A DNA stretch of 64,000 bases from Microcoleus sp. (GCA_042408215.1 JAYFMW010000030.1:448001-512000); one strand, 5' to 3'; shown: positions 9,810-20,721, counted from the stretch's first letter. Notes: generated by a model not told the origin, from the sequence alone. Translations and numbers: made by a program.

Positions 9810-10454
9810 TTGGCACTTGCACCGCCCCAGCGCGAAAGCGTTCTAGCTTGGCTCTCAGACCGCGTTCCTGCTGCTCGCATCACACATATCCTCGGAGTCG
9901 AACAGGTAGCAGGTGACTTGGCTCGCCATTACGGCCTCGATGAAGCTAAAGCCCGATCGGCCGGATTGTTGCACGATTTGGCAAAATACTTCAAACCTCA
10001 ATTGCTGCTACAAATAGCCGCAGCCGAAGGTTTAGAGTTAGACTCAGTGTTGGAAGCACACCCGCACCTGCTACACGCAGACGCGAGCGCGATCGTCGCC
10101 AGATCCGAATTCGGGGTGGTCGATCGAGAAATTTTGGAAGCGATCGCCAATCACACCCTCGGAAGACCAAACATGAGTCAACTCAGTTGTACCGTATTTA
10201 TAGCAGACACTATAGAGCCGAGCCGTGGCAACACAGCCGAACTAGAAGCACTGCGGCAGGCGAGCGTGCAAAATCTTTATGCGGCAGTTTGGCAAACCTG
10301 TGATTATTCTCTGAAATTCTTGCTAGAAACTCGGTGCTACATCCACCCGCGCAGCGTACTCACCCGCAATTGGGCGCTGCAAATGGCTCGATCGAAAGAA
10401 ACAGGGAATTCGACGAGGGAATCGATCGCCACCTGCAATCAAACTGGTTTGTAG
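9810..10454 (+). CDS. yqeK: HD-domain bis(5-nucleosyl)-tetraphosphatase
   Basis: RITHILGV, GLLHDLAK, LLHADAS, IANHTLG, IADTIEP; synteny with rsfS. Confidence 0.85.
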   Translation: MALAPPQRESVLAWLSDRVPAARITHILGVEQVAGDLARHYGLDEAKARSAGLLHDLAKYFKPQLLLQIAAAEGLELDSVLEAHPHLLHADASAIVARSEFGVVDREILEAIANHTLGRPNMSQLSCTVFIADTIEPSRGNTAELEALRQASVQNLYAAVWQTCDYSLKFLLETRCYIHPRSVLTRNWALQMARSKETGNSTRESIATCNQTGL

Positions 10455-10512
10455 TCAGGACTTTAGTCCTCAGTGGCCGGACTGCCGCCGACGGAGGACT
10501 TTTCGTTTTCAC

Positions 10513-11961
10513 CGAAAAACGAGCCCGGCGTGCCCCTGGCTTTTAGACATGGGGAGGAAGTCGGTAGCGGTTTCAACCGCCTTCTATATTTTTTTTGGTA
10601 TTGGTTGTTTTGTAGTCATATTTGCATCTTCAATCAAGAATACTATGCTAATATAAACCAAGGAGGAAAACAGAATGTATGGATGCCAGCAAAATCTAAT
10701 TAGTCCAGACAAAGACTTAAAAGCAGTCTTAGAATTCTTGTGTAGTGAAGCCTCAAAGTTAATTAATTGTGGAACTTATTATGCCAGACAACTATTCTTC
10801 AAAACTGGAAGGATACCGAGTAGAGCCAAGCTACATAAAGTTTTAGGAACGGACAATCGAAACATTCATTATAAGGCTTTCTATTCAGATACCGCACAGC
10901 AGATACTGACTAGCATTGCTGAATCTTTCCAATCCTATTTGGGCTTGCTAGCTGGAATCAAAGAAGGGACAGTGACGCAACATCCAAGACTTCCTGGATA
11001 CAGACAAGGCGGATTAGCACTTGTAACTTTTACAGGTAGATCGGTCAAATTAAAAGATGGAATGTTGCGATTTCCTTTAGGGAAGCAAGTTAAAGCTTGG
11101 TTTGGCATAGATGCGTTCTATCTGACGATGCCATCTAACTTAGAATATGCTTCTATTCGAGAGTACAGAATTTTACCCAGAAACGGATGTTTTTATCTAG
11201 AATTGGTTGACCAAAAAGAAGCTGTTCAATCCGATGTCAACGTTGATTCTGTATTGATGATCGACCACGGGATGGACAACTGGATAACTTGTGTCAGCAA
11301 TATTGGAACTTCATTCATCGTAGACGGAAGGCATCTCAAGTCCATCAACCAAGGCTACAACAAACGAGTGGCAACCTTGAAGTCGGTCAAAAACAATGGA
11401 TTCTGGTCGAAAAGACTGGAACGGCTGACCGAAAGCAGAAATAGAACAATGCGGGATGCAGTTAATAAAGCTGCTCGTAAGGTCGTCAATCATTGTGTAT
11501 CATCCAAGATTGGTACAGTCATATTTGGATGGAACAAGAATCAGAAAGATTCAATAAATCTGGGTACAAAGACCAATCAAAAATTTGTTCAGATTCCCAC
11601 GGGCAGGTTAAAAGATAGAATTGCTCAACTCTGCGAACAGTCCGGAATCAAATTCGTCGAAACCGAAGAATCATATACTTCAAAAACTTCTTTTCTCGAT
11701 GCCGATCCACTGCCTAAAATCGGCGAAAAACCCGAGGGGTGGAAAGCTTCGGGAACGAGAATTAAACGTGGATTATATCGGACGGGGAAGGGGTGGCTAA
11801 TTAATGCAGATTGCAATGGTTGTGCAAATATTGGCCGTAAAGTAGCAACAATACTTGGACTCGATCTAAGTGGAGTTGGTAGAGGTGACTTGTCAGCACC
11901 TGTAAGACTTAAATTGTGGAATACATGAATCCCCACGCCTTTAGGCATGGGGAGATGTCAA
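10513..11961 (+). mobile_element. Non-autonomous IS200/IS605-family element (tnpB only)
   Basis: Left-end hairpin CCCCTGGCTTTTAGACATGGGG after TCAC; right end GAATCCCCACGCCTTTAGGCATGGGGAGATGTCAA; no TSD; no tnpA. Confidence 0.85.
10675..11928 (+). CDS. tnpB: RNA-guided endonuclease TnpB (zinc-finger-less cyanobacterial type)
   Basis: RuvC-I MIDHG, IFGWN at the usual RuvC-II position, ETEESYTSK, RIKRGLY, RuvC-III INADCNG. Confidence 0.93.
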   Translation: MYGCQQNLISPDKDLKAVLEFLCSEASKLINCGTYYARQLFFKTGRIPSRAKLHKVLGTDNRNIHYKAFYSDTAQQILTSIAESFQSYLGLLAGIKEGTVTQHPRLPGYRQGGLALVTFTGRSVKLKDGMLRFPLGKQVKAWFGIDAFYLTMPSNLEYASIREYRILPRNGCFYLELVDQKEAVQSDVNVDSVLMIDHGMDNWITCVSNIGTSFIVDGRHLKSINQGYNKRVATLKSVKNNGFWSKRLERLTESRNRTMRDAVNKAARKVVNHCVSSKIGTVIFGWNKNQKDSINLGTKTNQKFVQIPTGRLKDRIAQLCEQSGIKFVETEESYTSKTSFLDADPLPKIGEKPEGWKASGTRIKRGLYRTGKGWLINADCNGCANIGRKVATILGLDLSGVGRGDLSAPVRLKLWNT

Positions 11962-11981
11962 TACCAACTTAAAACTCAGGA
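11835..11981 (+). ncRNA. Predicted TnpB omega-RNA (3-prime scaffold plus guide TACCAACTTAAAACTCAGGA); 5-prime end uncertain
   Basis: Overlaps the tnpB 3-prime end and right end; homologous to protein-free copies at 38827 and 55655. Confidence 0.7.
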
Positions 11982-12049
11982 CTCTTCGTCCTGATGACCA
12001 ACTTTAAGACAGTTGTATCAATTGTATCAATTAGGAACTCAAACAATTA

Positions 12050-12472
12050 ATGTTAGATCAAACCCAACTCCAATACACCACCAACTCGCCTTCAACTGCC
12101 GGCACATCCCCGGATCAAACCCGCCCCCTAGCTTTGACAATTGCTCAAGCTGCCGAAGACCGCAAAGGCGATAATATCCTAATGCTGCGGGTATCAGAAG
12201 TATGCTACTTAGCAGACTACTTTGTGATTGTGACCGGATTTTCCAACGTGCAGGTACGAGCCATCTCCCAAGCGATCGCAGACCAAGTAGAAGAGGAATG
12301 GCAACGCTTACCACTACGCACAGAAGGGCAATCAGATGCAAGTTGGGTGGTGATGGACTATGGCGATGCGATCGTCCACATCTTGAAACCTCAAGAACGC
12401 GAATTCTACAATCTAGAAGCGTTCTGGGGGCACGCCGAACGCATTAACTTTTCCACCGAGCCCAGAGGATAG
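12050..12472 (+). CDS. rsfS: Ribosome silencing factor (iojap)
   Basis: AAEDRKG, ADYFVIVTGFSNVQVRAI, WVVMDYGDAIVHI, FYNLEAFW. Confidence 0.95.
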   Translation: MLDQTQLQYTTNSPSTAGTSPDQTRPLALTIAQAAEDRKGDNILMLRVSEVCYLADYFVIVTGFSNVQVRAISQAIADQVEEEWQRLPLRTEGQSDASWVVMDYGDAIVHILKPQEREFYNLEAFWGHAERINFSTEPRG

Positions 12473-12476
12473 CTAT

Positions 12477-12977
12477 GTGAAAGACGCTTCTGTTTCTATT
12501 TGTCCTGTTCCCCAAGAACAGCGACCGGTCAATGAATACCAAGAACTTAAAGAATCCTGGTTTTTTAGTTGGGGAACTCTCCATTGGCCCCAGTATCTGG
12601 CAAAACTTGCTTGGGTATGGGGTTGGAGTTGCCTGGTATCCGGGCCGATAGCTGCGGCTAGCTTTTCTCCTGTCAAATATCCAGCTCAGTTTGTCCTGTG
12701 CGCGATAGCTGGTGCCGGTTTTATTCTAGGATTAGCTTTGCTACGGCTGTACTTGGGTTGGTTCTACGTGCGATCGCGCCTATCCAATCCCACAGTCGTC
12801 TACGAAGAATCCGGCTGGTATGACGGTCAATCCTGGACTAAAACTCCCGAAGTCTTACTTCAAGACCAGTTGATTGTCAACTATCAACTAGAACCCATTC
12901 TGGGGCGTCTGCGGCAGACATTTTATGGTTTGGCGGTATTTCTGGTTGCCGGGGGAGTAATTTGGAATTGTTTGTAA
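12477..12977 (+). CDS. CGLD27/Ycf36 family membrane protein (DUF1230)
   Basis: CPVPQEQRPVNEY, RLYLGWFYV, YEESGWYDGQ. Confidence 0.9.
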   Translation: MKDASVSICPVPQEQRPVNEYQELKESWFFSWGTLHWPQYLAKLAWVWGWSCLVSGPIAAASFSPVKYPAQFVLCAIAGAGFILGLALLRLYLGWFYVRSRLSNPTVVYEESGWYDGQSWTKTPEVLLQDQLIVNYQLEPILGRLRQTFYGLAVFLVAGGVIWNCL

Positions 12978-13102
12978 TCAGGAATGGAAACAGGGGAGTT
13001 ATGAGTTATGAGTTTTGGCAGCAAGAATCGACTTTGTAACTGGCAACTGGCAACTCATCAATTACAACTCACAACTCATCACTTCCTCAGCTCAAATCTA
13101 CA

Positions 13103-14083
13103 ATGAAAAATCTAAAATCTAAAATTGATATGACAAGGGGAAAACGAACCCAAGCTCCAGAACTGGAAGTCAGATTGCTGCGCGAAGGTATTGTGGAATC
13201 TAAGCACCGCGTCCAGGCCGCTGTCTGTGACAATCGTGGCCGCGTTCTGTCCGTTGCTGGTAACTCGGAAACGGCCGCCTTTGTCCGTTCTTCACTCAAG
13301 CCTTTTCAAGCTTTGGCTGTGACTGCAAGCGGCACCTTAGAACGCTACGAACTCACCGATCGAGATTTAGCGATTATTTGCAGTTCTCATCAAGGTACGA
13401 TCGAGCAATCGCGACAAGTATTTAACGTCCTGTGGCGCTGCGACATTGACCCCTCTAAACTTCAATGCCCGATTCCAGAAGGCAAAAAAAGTTCCCTGCA
13501 ATACAACTGTTCCGGCAAACACGCCGGAATGCTCGCTGTCTGTCAGCAACTGCACTGGCCGCTGGAAAGCTATTTGCGCCGCAAACACCCCGTCCAGCAG
13601 CTCATTTTGGGCAAGGTGGCTGACTTACTGGCAATGCCAGCCGAAGAGTTTATCAGCGCTCGCGACGACTGCGGCGCTCCTACCTATTTATTGCAGTTGG
13701 GGCAAATGGCCTCTCTCTACGCTAAGTTGGCCAGTGGCGACAATGTGGATATGGAGCGGATTGTCCGCGCTATGACTCATCACCCGATGATGGTGGCTGG
13801 TGAGGGCAAATTTGACACGGAACTGATGCAATTGACCCAAGGGGAGTTGGTGAGCAAGTCCGGTGCCGAAGGCGTGCAGTGCATTGGCCGGGTTGGCGAA
13901 GGCATGGGTTTGGCAATTAAGGTCACTGATGGGGCAAAGCGGGCTCAATATGCTGTGGCGATTCATTTGCTCAAGCAGTTGGGGTGGATCACTGCGGCGA
14001 TCGCCGAAACTCTCTCGGAAACTTACCTCACTCTCAGCGAGTTCAAGCGCTTGGAGGTAGTCGGCGAAGTGTCGATGCTCTAG
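13103..14083 (+). CDS. L-asparaginase II family protein (likely start 13130)
   Basis: RSSLKPFQA, CSSHQG, NCSGKHAGML, DDCGAP, SKSGAEG. Confidence 0.9.
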   Translation: MKNLKSKIDMTRGKRTQAPELEVRLLREGIVESKHRVQAAVCDNRGRVLSVAGNSETAAFVRSSLKPFQALAVTASGTLERYELTDRDLAIICSSHQGTIEQSRQVFNVLWRCDIDPSKLQCPIPEGKKSSLQYNCSGKHAGMLAVCQQLHWPLESYLRRKHPVQQLILGKVADLLAMPAEEFISARDDCGAPTYLLQLGQMASLYAKLASGDNVDMERIVRAMTHHPMMVAGEGKFDTELMQLTQGELVSKSGAEGVQCIGRVGEGMGLAIKVTDGAKRAQYAVAIHLLKQLGWITAAIAETLSETYLTLSEFKRLEVVGEVSML

Positions 14084-14200
14084 TACAACCCTGATTGTCA
14101 GCCGATTTCAGCAACCCCTCCCACAATCTCAAAAGTTTTTTTGATTTAGGGGTTGCTATTTTCAGAAAGATGTGTTTATATTAGAGAAGAGATAAAGCGA

Positions 14201-14277
<77 letters not shown>

Positions 14278-14288
14278 AATTCAAGCGA

Positions 14289-14322
14289 ACCCTGTAATCG
14301 TTAAGGTTTCAGGGTTTTGTTT
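14289..14322 (+). terminator. Hairpin with T-tract after the first tRNA
   Basis: AACCCTG...CAGGGTTTTGTTTT. Confidence 0.6.
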
Positions 14323-14351
14323 TGGGAAACCACTAGAGAAAGACAAAGCGA

Positions 14352-14428
<77 letters not shown>

Positions 14429-14439
14429 AATTCGATCGG

Positions 14440-14477
14440 ACAAGCCTCGACAACTTTTGGTTGTGGAGGCTTGTTTT
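14440..14477 (+). terminator. Hairpin with T-tract after the second tRNA
   Basis: ACAAGCCTC...GAGGCTTGTTTT. Confidence 0.65.
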
Positions 14478-14527
14478 ATGACATTGTTTGATTGCATCTT
14501 TTAAAGTTCCCGACAAGTTGCCAATTG

Positions 14528-14719
14528 CTAAATCGGCTGGCCTTCGAGCCAATCAAAAATTAGGTTTAGCTGTTCTAGTGTAACCAACCCGTACTGCCAA
14601 AGAACCAGAGGCAGTTGGCTGGCATCTTGTTCCCCGTGTCGGAGAGCAACTGCGATCGCCGAATTCGAGATCGCCAACTCTCCCTGCAAATAATCGATTA
14701 GTTGAGCCTTTGCCATCAC
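14528..14719 (-). CDS. DUF2949 family small protein
   Basis: LPLVLWQYGLVTLEQLNLIFDWLE motif. Confidence 0.85.
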   Translation of the reverse strand: MMAKAQLIDYLQGELAISNSAIAVALRHGEQDASQLPLVLWQYGLVTLEQLNLIFDWLEGQPI

Positions 14720-14964
14720 CTTAACCGCCAGTTTTATACTCTTTTGTAAAGCTCTGTAGCTCCTTGGGTTGAGTCAGAAGTTTAATATTCCTAACTTTAG
14801 GTGAAAAATGGGGAATCCGCTGTGATGGAAAACCTACACAAGTTGTGATAATACTCATAGAAAAAAGCGATCACCATCACAAGATACCGGATGGTCATCG
14901 TTTCGTCATTCGGGGGAAGGCATTTATGCTGAATTTTCCCCATCTATTTATTGATTGAAAATTC

Positions 14965-15435
14965 CTACAATCCTAGCTGAATCTGAACTCCCGCTTCTGT
15001 GCCACTGTCGCTTGGTTTGGGAGGTAAAGGATTTCCTTGACGCTGGGCGTCCGAAGGAGTGGTGATAAATTCAAATTCGCGATCGATTTTGAGGCGAAAT
15101 CCGTCACGCAAGCGGTTATCTCTTCTAACAGAATTACCCGATGTTTCTAATTGACCAATAAAGTTTTGATAATCGGAGTCTACGGTTCTGTCCTCAACAG
15201 TTCTGAGGGAATCCCCAGATAAAGTTGTTTCCGAACTTTGAGCCACTGGTTGCAGTCTTGGTTGGGCTAGAACAGCAGGCATCAAACCGATTAAAATGGA
15301 ACTCAGTCCCAGAGCAGTGCCAAGAGTAGCAATAACTGCGTTCACGATCAATCCCTCCGCTAGTTGCATCCTCATATTCTGATTGTACCAGGAAAGCAGT
15401 TGCGATCTATCAAAAGTATTGGCTAGTTGAGACAT
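14965..15435 (-). CDS. Hypothetical secreted protein (true start probably downstream)
   Basis: Signal-peptide-like segment ending PAVLAQ. Confidence 0.55.
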   Translation of the reverse strand: MSQLANTFDRSQLLSWYNQNMRMQLAEGLIVNAVIATLGTALGLSSILIGLMPAVLAQPRLQPVAQSSETTLSGDSLRTVEDRTVDSDYQNFIGQLETSGNSVRRDNRLRDGFRLKIDREFEFITTPSDAQRQGNPLPPKPSDSGTEAGVQIQLGL

Positions 15436-15477
15436 TCATGTCCATTTCAATTCACCGAAGAGCACCATTCTCGCTTA

Positions 15478-15720
15478 ACAGGCAGGATGCCTGTTTCACA
15501 AAGATTGAATTTTATTGTGTGTGGGGTGGGCAAGTCAGGAACAGGCTTTCCGGCCTGTTCCACAACACATCAAGTTTCTTGTGGGGTGGGCCCTCCTAGC
15601 CCGCCAGTCAAAGGCTGATTGACAATGGTGCAAGCATCTCATTTGAAACTGAGATTAGCACCCGCGAGCTTTTGGGCCTGTTCCACAAAAAAAATATTTC
15701 TGATGCGGTGGAGCGTGCTA
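15478..15720. repeat. Cluster of REP-like palindromes (AACAGGC...GCCTGTTCCACA; GTGGGGTGGGC...GCCCGCC)
   Basis: Several imperfect hairpin units in tandem. Confidence 0.6.
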
Positions 15721-15940
15721 AGCTGCAACAATGGGAAAACTGCTAGGAAAGCTGGTGCAGCGAAGCTATCCCAGAGGGCATCGCCTCTGTTCCGAAAGCT
15801 CTCGATCGCGCTAAGATAACTGTGGCTGAATTTGAAAAATTTAATAGCAAGTGACCAAGTCCGAGTTTTTAACAGCAAATTGCCACAAAAAACTATCTCA
15901 ACTTCAAAATCTGCTGCATCTGTAGGGATACGGCATTGCC

Positions 15941-16148
15941 CATTGGTGTCAACTTAAGCCTGAAAGCCTTGAGAAATCTCGTTTTTAGCTGAGTCTAGAT
16001 CCCCCTAAATCCCCCTTAAGAAGGGGAGTAGGGGGTGACTTTGATCGGACTCTTATCCCCCCCTTCTTAAGGGGGGCTAGGGGGGATCTAGATTTAATGG
16101 TCAAACAGCAATCTGTGACTGGGTTTGAGCTGGTTGTTGACACCAATG
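15941..16148. mobile_element. MITE with TIR CATTGGTGTCAAC and 9-bp TSD GGCATTGCC
   Basis: TSD at 15932-15940 and 16149-16157; inserted in a GTAGGG REP-like hairpin; related inverted copy at about 36987-37205. Confidence 0.88.
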
Positions 16149-16193
16149 GGCATTGCCGTCTCCGTTGTGGCTTAGTAATAGTTATGCTCGATC

Positions 16194-19104
16194 ATGCCAA
16201 TTAAATATCTGACCAACCAGATGTTAAAAATGTCGGGAAAAGTACCAATTCGCATCGTCCTGGTTGTGCCTTTCGCCCTCCAGACTTTCGCCGCTGTAGG
16301 GCTGACGGGGTGGCTGTCGCTGCGGAACGGGCGCATAGCAGTTAATGATGTTGCTGCACAACTGCGGGCAGAAGTCACATCGCGTATCCAGCAACATATT
16401 AATAGTTATATTGAAACGCCACACCAAGTCAATCAGCTAAATGTCGATGCCATCCGTCTCGGCATTTTGAAGGTGCAGGATTCCGCTAGTTTGCGGCGCT
16501 ACTTTGCTCAACAAATTAAAACATTTAATAAAATTAGCTACATTCAATTCGGTTCGGAACAAAAAGGTTTTATTGGAGTTGAACGCCTTGATGACGGTAA
16601 ATTACAACCAGAGGTTTCTGGGAAATCTACTGGCTATAACTTTCAGACTTACGCAGCGTCGGAGTTGGGGGAACCAACCAAGCTATCACAAATTACTCCC
16701 AACTATGACCCCCGCATCCGCCCCTGGTACACAGCACCGGTGCAAGCAGGTAAACCGACGTGGAGCAAGATTTATACTTATTTAGACTTACCAAAACTGG
16801 CGATTACGGCGGCTGCACCGGTTTATGACGATCGCAATAAACTAATTGGAGTGGTGGGTTGTGACCTGCTACTTTCCCAAATAAATCAATTTTTGGACAG
16901 TCTAAAAATTGGGAAGTCGGGACAGACTTTTATTGTAGAAAGGTCGGGACAATTGGTGGCCAATTCTACTCCAGAACCGCCATTTATTATTAGTAACGGT
17001 GTGGCAAAACGGATTATGGCAACGAGCAGCAATAATGCTTTGATTCGATCGACTGCTCGCTATCTGACAAAACGCTTCGGGGATTTGAGCAAGATTGATG
17101 GCACTTATCAGCTAGATTTTACGATCGACGGGGAACGGCAATTTCTGCAAGTAACGCCCCTGTCTGACGGGAGGGGCCTGGACTGGCTGATTGTGGTGGC
17201 GGTTCCTGAAGCCGATTTTATGGAAAGAATTCACAGCAACACTCGCTACACTGTGTTGCTGTGTTTCGGTGCTTTGGTGGTGGCGATCGGAATTGGCTGT
17301 TTGACTTCGAGGTGGATTGTGGTGCCGATTCAGCGCCTGAGCAAGGCTGCGGAGGCTTTGTCGCGGGGAGAATGGGACTCGACGGCGCTATATCCGCAGT
17401 TGATGGCGTCTGTAGAGCGGGGGGATGAGGTGGGTGTTCTGGCCCGCTCTTTTAATCGGATGGCTTGTCAGTTGGAAGAGTCGTTTACTACTCTCGAAGA
17501 TCGGGTAGAATCGGCGATCGCTGACAAAAATCAATTAATTAGCTCTCTGAAAAACTCGCAGCAAAAACTCGCTCTCCACCTTCATCAAACTCCTTTGGGG
17601 GCGATTGAATGGAATCTAAATTTTGAAGTAGCGGACTGGAATCTTTCAGCGGAAAGAATTTTTGGATACAACCGTTTGGAAGCTGTGGGACGCCACGGAG
17701 TAGATCTAATAGTTCCTGAAAGTGCTAAGGAGTATGTCAGGAAACTCTCGATAAATTTGCTAACTAATCAAGGAGGAATTAGTAGCATTAACGAGAACGT
17801 CAGAAAAGATGGCAAAATTATTCTTTGTGAGTGGTACAATACGACTTTGGTCGATGCTAATGGTTGTATAATCGGAGTGGCATCCCTGGTTCAAGATGTG
17901 ACTGATTTTCACATTGCTATGGAGCAGTTGCGGGCTAGCGAGGAGCGGTTTCGCCAGTTAGCAGAAAATATTCATGAGGTATTTTGGATTAGAGAACCCC
18001 ATCACAAACAGATAGTTTATGTGAGTCCTGCTTGTGATAAAATATGGAATCGGAGCAGTCAGATTTTGTACTCAGAACCGGAATCTTTTTGGGATGCGAT
18101 TCACCCGGAGGATCGCGATCGCGTCAAGGCTGCTTTTGAGAAACAGGTGCGGGGCGATTATGATGAGGAGTATCGAGTAGTGCGATCCCCTACGGGGGCT
18201 ACGCCAACGGACGGCTCGATTTGTTGGGTGCGCGATCGGGCATTTCCGGTACGCAGCGAAACAGGAGAAATTTACCGCATCGTCGGTATTGCTGAAGACA
18301 TTACCCAGCGCAAATTAGCAGAAGAATTCCAAAAAGTCGCTCAAACCGCTCAAGCTGCAAACCAAGCAAAAAGCGCATTTTTAGCCAATATGAGCCACGA
18401 ATTGCGAACTCCCCTCAACGCGATTATCGGTTACAGCGATCTGCTCAAAGAGGATGCTGAGGATTTAGGCTGCGAAGATTTTATCCCCGATTTGCTGAAA
18501 ATTCAAACAGCAGGAAAACACTTGCTATCTTTAATTAGTGACATCCTCGATATTTCTAAAATAGAAGCGGGGCGGATGGAACTTTATTTGGAAACTTTTA
18601 ACCCTGCTCATTTAATTGATGACGTAGTTTCGACTGTCGAATCCCTGGTGCAGAAAAATTCTAATAAGTTTGAAGTTGATTGTGCTAGCGACTTGGGATT
18701 GATGAATGCTGATATTACCAAAACTCGGCAAATATTACTCAACCTGCTGAGCAATGCAGCCAAATTTACGGAAGGTGGCACTATTAAAATCAGCGTTGAA
18801 AGAGTTACAAATGAAAGCTCAAAGCTGCAAGAAACCAGAAGAGTGTTCCGAATGGATAATTTTCCGTGTATTTGATACAGGTATTGGGATTCCCCCCGAA
18901 CAAATGCAGCATTTATTTCAAGCTTTCATGCAGGGCGATGCCTCAACTACGCGCAAGTATGGCGGCACGGGTTTGGGATTAACCATTAGCCGTCACTTTT
19001 GCTTGATGATGGGTGGCGATATGGAAGTCGAAAGTCAGTTAGGTTTCGGTTCTATTTTTACTGTGCGCTTGCCGGCGCGCGTTGAATTAAAGAGAGAAAA
19101 CTAG
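16194..19104 (+). pseudogene. Cache-HAMP-PAS-PAS histidine kinase, frameshifted inside the ATPase domain
   Basis: ORF 16194-18875 has YDPRIRPWY, HAMP, 2 PAS, SHELRTPLN and the N box; the G1/F/G2 boxes (DTGIG, GGTGLGL) lie in frame 18754-19104. Confidence 0.85.
18188..18208. repeat. 21-nt SDR5-like insertion in a HIP1-like site, in frame
   Basis: GCGATC|CCCTACGGGGGCTACGCCAAC|GG; removal restores the PAS motif VRSDGSI. Confidence 0.7.
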
Positions 19105-19204
19105 GGAGTGTTTTTAAACCCGGAGATCCCCCCCAGCCCCCCTTAATAAGGGGGGAGCAAGAGCATTCTTTCGTCGCCCTTATTAAGGGGGATTTAGGGG
19201 GATA
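19103..19204. repeat. Partial MITE with the CCCCCTT..AAGGGGG core
   Basis: Similar to the left part of 7701-7863. Confidence 0.6.
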
Positions 19205-19261
19205 TGGCTCTGATTGGAAAGACAAGAAAAGATGCCCTCAATTCCTCACTACCAACTTATT

Positions 19262-19933
19262 TTAATTGGGAATTTCCCGTTTTTGTCGCCCCAAAAGTTG
19301 AGCTGTTAAGACACCGCCGGCAAAGCCAAAGAAATGTGCTTGCCAAGAAACTCCGGGCTGGGATGGCAAAACTCCCCAAATGAAACTGCCGTAGAAGAAA
19401 CCGACAATTAAAGACATTAAAATTGAAGTAAAGCTACGTTCAAATAAGCCGCGCAGTAGCAAAAAGCCGAAGTAGCCAAAGATTAATCCGCTGGCACCAA
19501 TGTGCACGGAATGGGGCGCGCCTGTCAGCCAAACTCCCAATCCGCTAACTAGGATTGTGACGGCACTCACGACAAAAAAGTCGCTAATTTTTCGCAGCAT
19601 AATCAACCAACCAAATGTTAAAAAAGGAAGGGTATTACTGGCTAAGTGGGCAAAACTGCCGTGCAGAAAAGGCATCCACAGGATGCCTTGAAGTCCGTCG
19701 AGGCTGCGGGGGTGCACTCCGTAGGAATTCAGCCTGCCTCGGAAGAGGAATACATCGACAATCTCTATCATCCAGAGTAGGGCGACGAAGCCGCCGAGAA
19801 TGGCGGCGTGGCTTTGCAATTCGCTGGTGATAGTTTTGGTTTCTGGGTTGCTCATGGTTTGTGAGGGCGGTATAACAGAAGGAAAGGGAAATGGAAGTCG
19901 GAAGAAGGGAAATGGAAGATGCAACAATAGCAA
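19262..19933 (-). CDS. Rhomboid intramembrane serine protease (likely start about 19855)
   Basis: HGSFAHLASN, HIGASG, SWQAHFFG. Confidence 0.92.
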   Translation of the reverse strand: MLLLHLPFPFFRLPFPFPSVIPPSQTMSNPETKTITSELQSHAAILGGFVALLWMIEIVDVFLFRGRLNSYGVHPRSLDGLQGILWMPFLHGSFAHLASNTLPFLTFGWLIMLRKISDFFVVSAVTILVSGLGVWLTGAPHSVHIGASGLIFGYFGFLLLRGLFERSFTSILMSLIVGFFYGSFIWGVLPSQPGVSWQAHFFGFAGGVLTAQLLGRQKREIPN

Positions 19934-20343
19934 TGGTTTCAGAAATTAAGAACGTCCTAACCGTCAGGCGTGGTTGCGGTACTTTGGTTATTTATAATTG
20001 TATGAGTTTTTGGCGATCGCTCAGGGAAGAGTTGGGGCGGGGTTTCAGGGGTTTTTGCAGTAGAGCTTGTATTTGTAACTGTTATAACTTTTATAGAAAA
20101 TTCCGCATTTTCACGTATGGAATAATTCACATAAATGCGTCAGAATCATTAAGGAACTGCAAGAGGAGAGTAAACTAAAGATACGTTACAAACTCAAGGA
20201 ACTAATTTTTTCGCAGAAAGTCATTAATTCGAGAAGTTCAATCCGGTAAAGCAAAACGGGATGCTGTAGATACTGATTGTAGATAATCTCGCAACTCTAC
20301 AGAGAGTTCTAGGCACCTCGTTGTAAAAGAGGAACAGAGTAAA

Positions 20344-20721
20344 ATGAATGTATTTGAGCATACAGTGCCCTACCTAAATCTGCCAATTTGGTTAGGGGTT
20401 GGCAAACAAGAAACCGCCGTTAGTGTCGCTACAAATTCTCAACCTTACGGTAAAAAGCCGCGCTTTGACTTATTATATCCGCTGAAACAGTGGCTGGATA
20501 ACAGAGAAATTCAAAGTCAAAAATTGGCTCGATTGTTGTGTAAATTTATTCCTAGCCAGTGTCCTTTTGAGCGGGTAGTTAAAATTGGCGATCGCACTTT
20601 ATTTCGCATTCCGCCGCTGTGCAAGTTAAATCCGCTTTACGAACAAGTGGTGGGGCTTCGGTTTCGAGCTTTGTGTTATTTGGCTGACGAGTGTGGTGAG
20701 GATGTGACTCCTTATTGTTGA
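20344..20721 (+). CDS. Mo-dependent nitrogenase C-terminal domain family protein
   Basis: IPSQCPFER, IPPLCKLNPLYEQVVGLRFRALCYL. Confidence 0.88.
   Translation: MNVFEHTVPYLNLPIWLGVGKQETAVSVATNSQPYGKKPRFDLLYPLKQWLDNREIQSQKLARLLCKFIPSQCPFERVVKIGDRTLFRIPPLCKLNPLYEQVVGLRFRALCYLADECGEDVTPYC

Noticed and set aside
20344..20721. Evidence of nitrogen fixation
   Set aside because: The domain name is historical; the family also occurs in non-diazotrophs and there is no nif context
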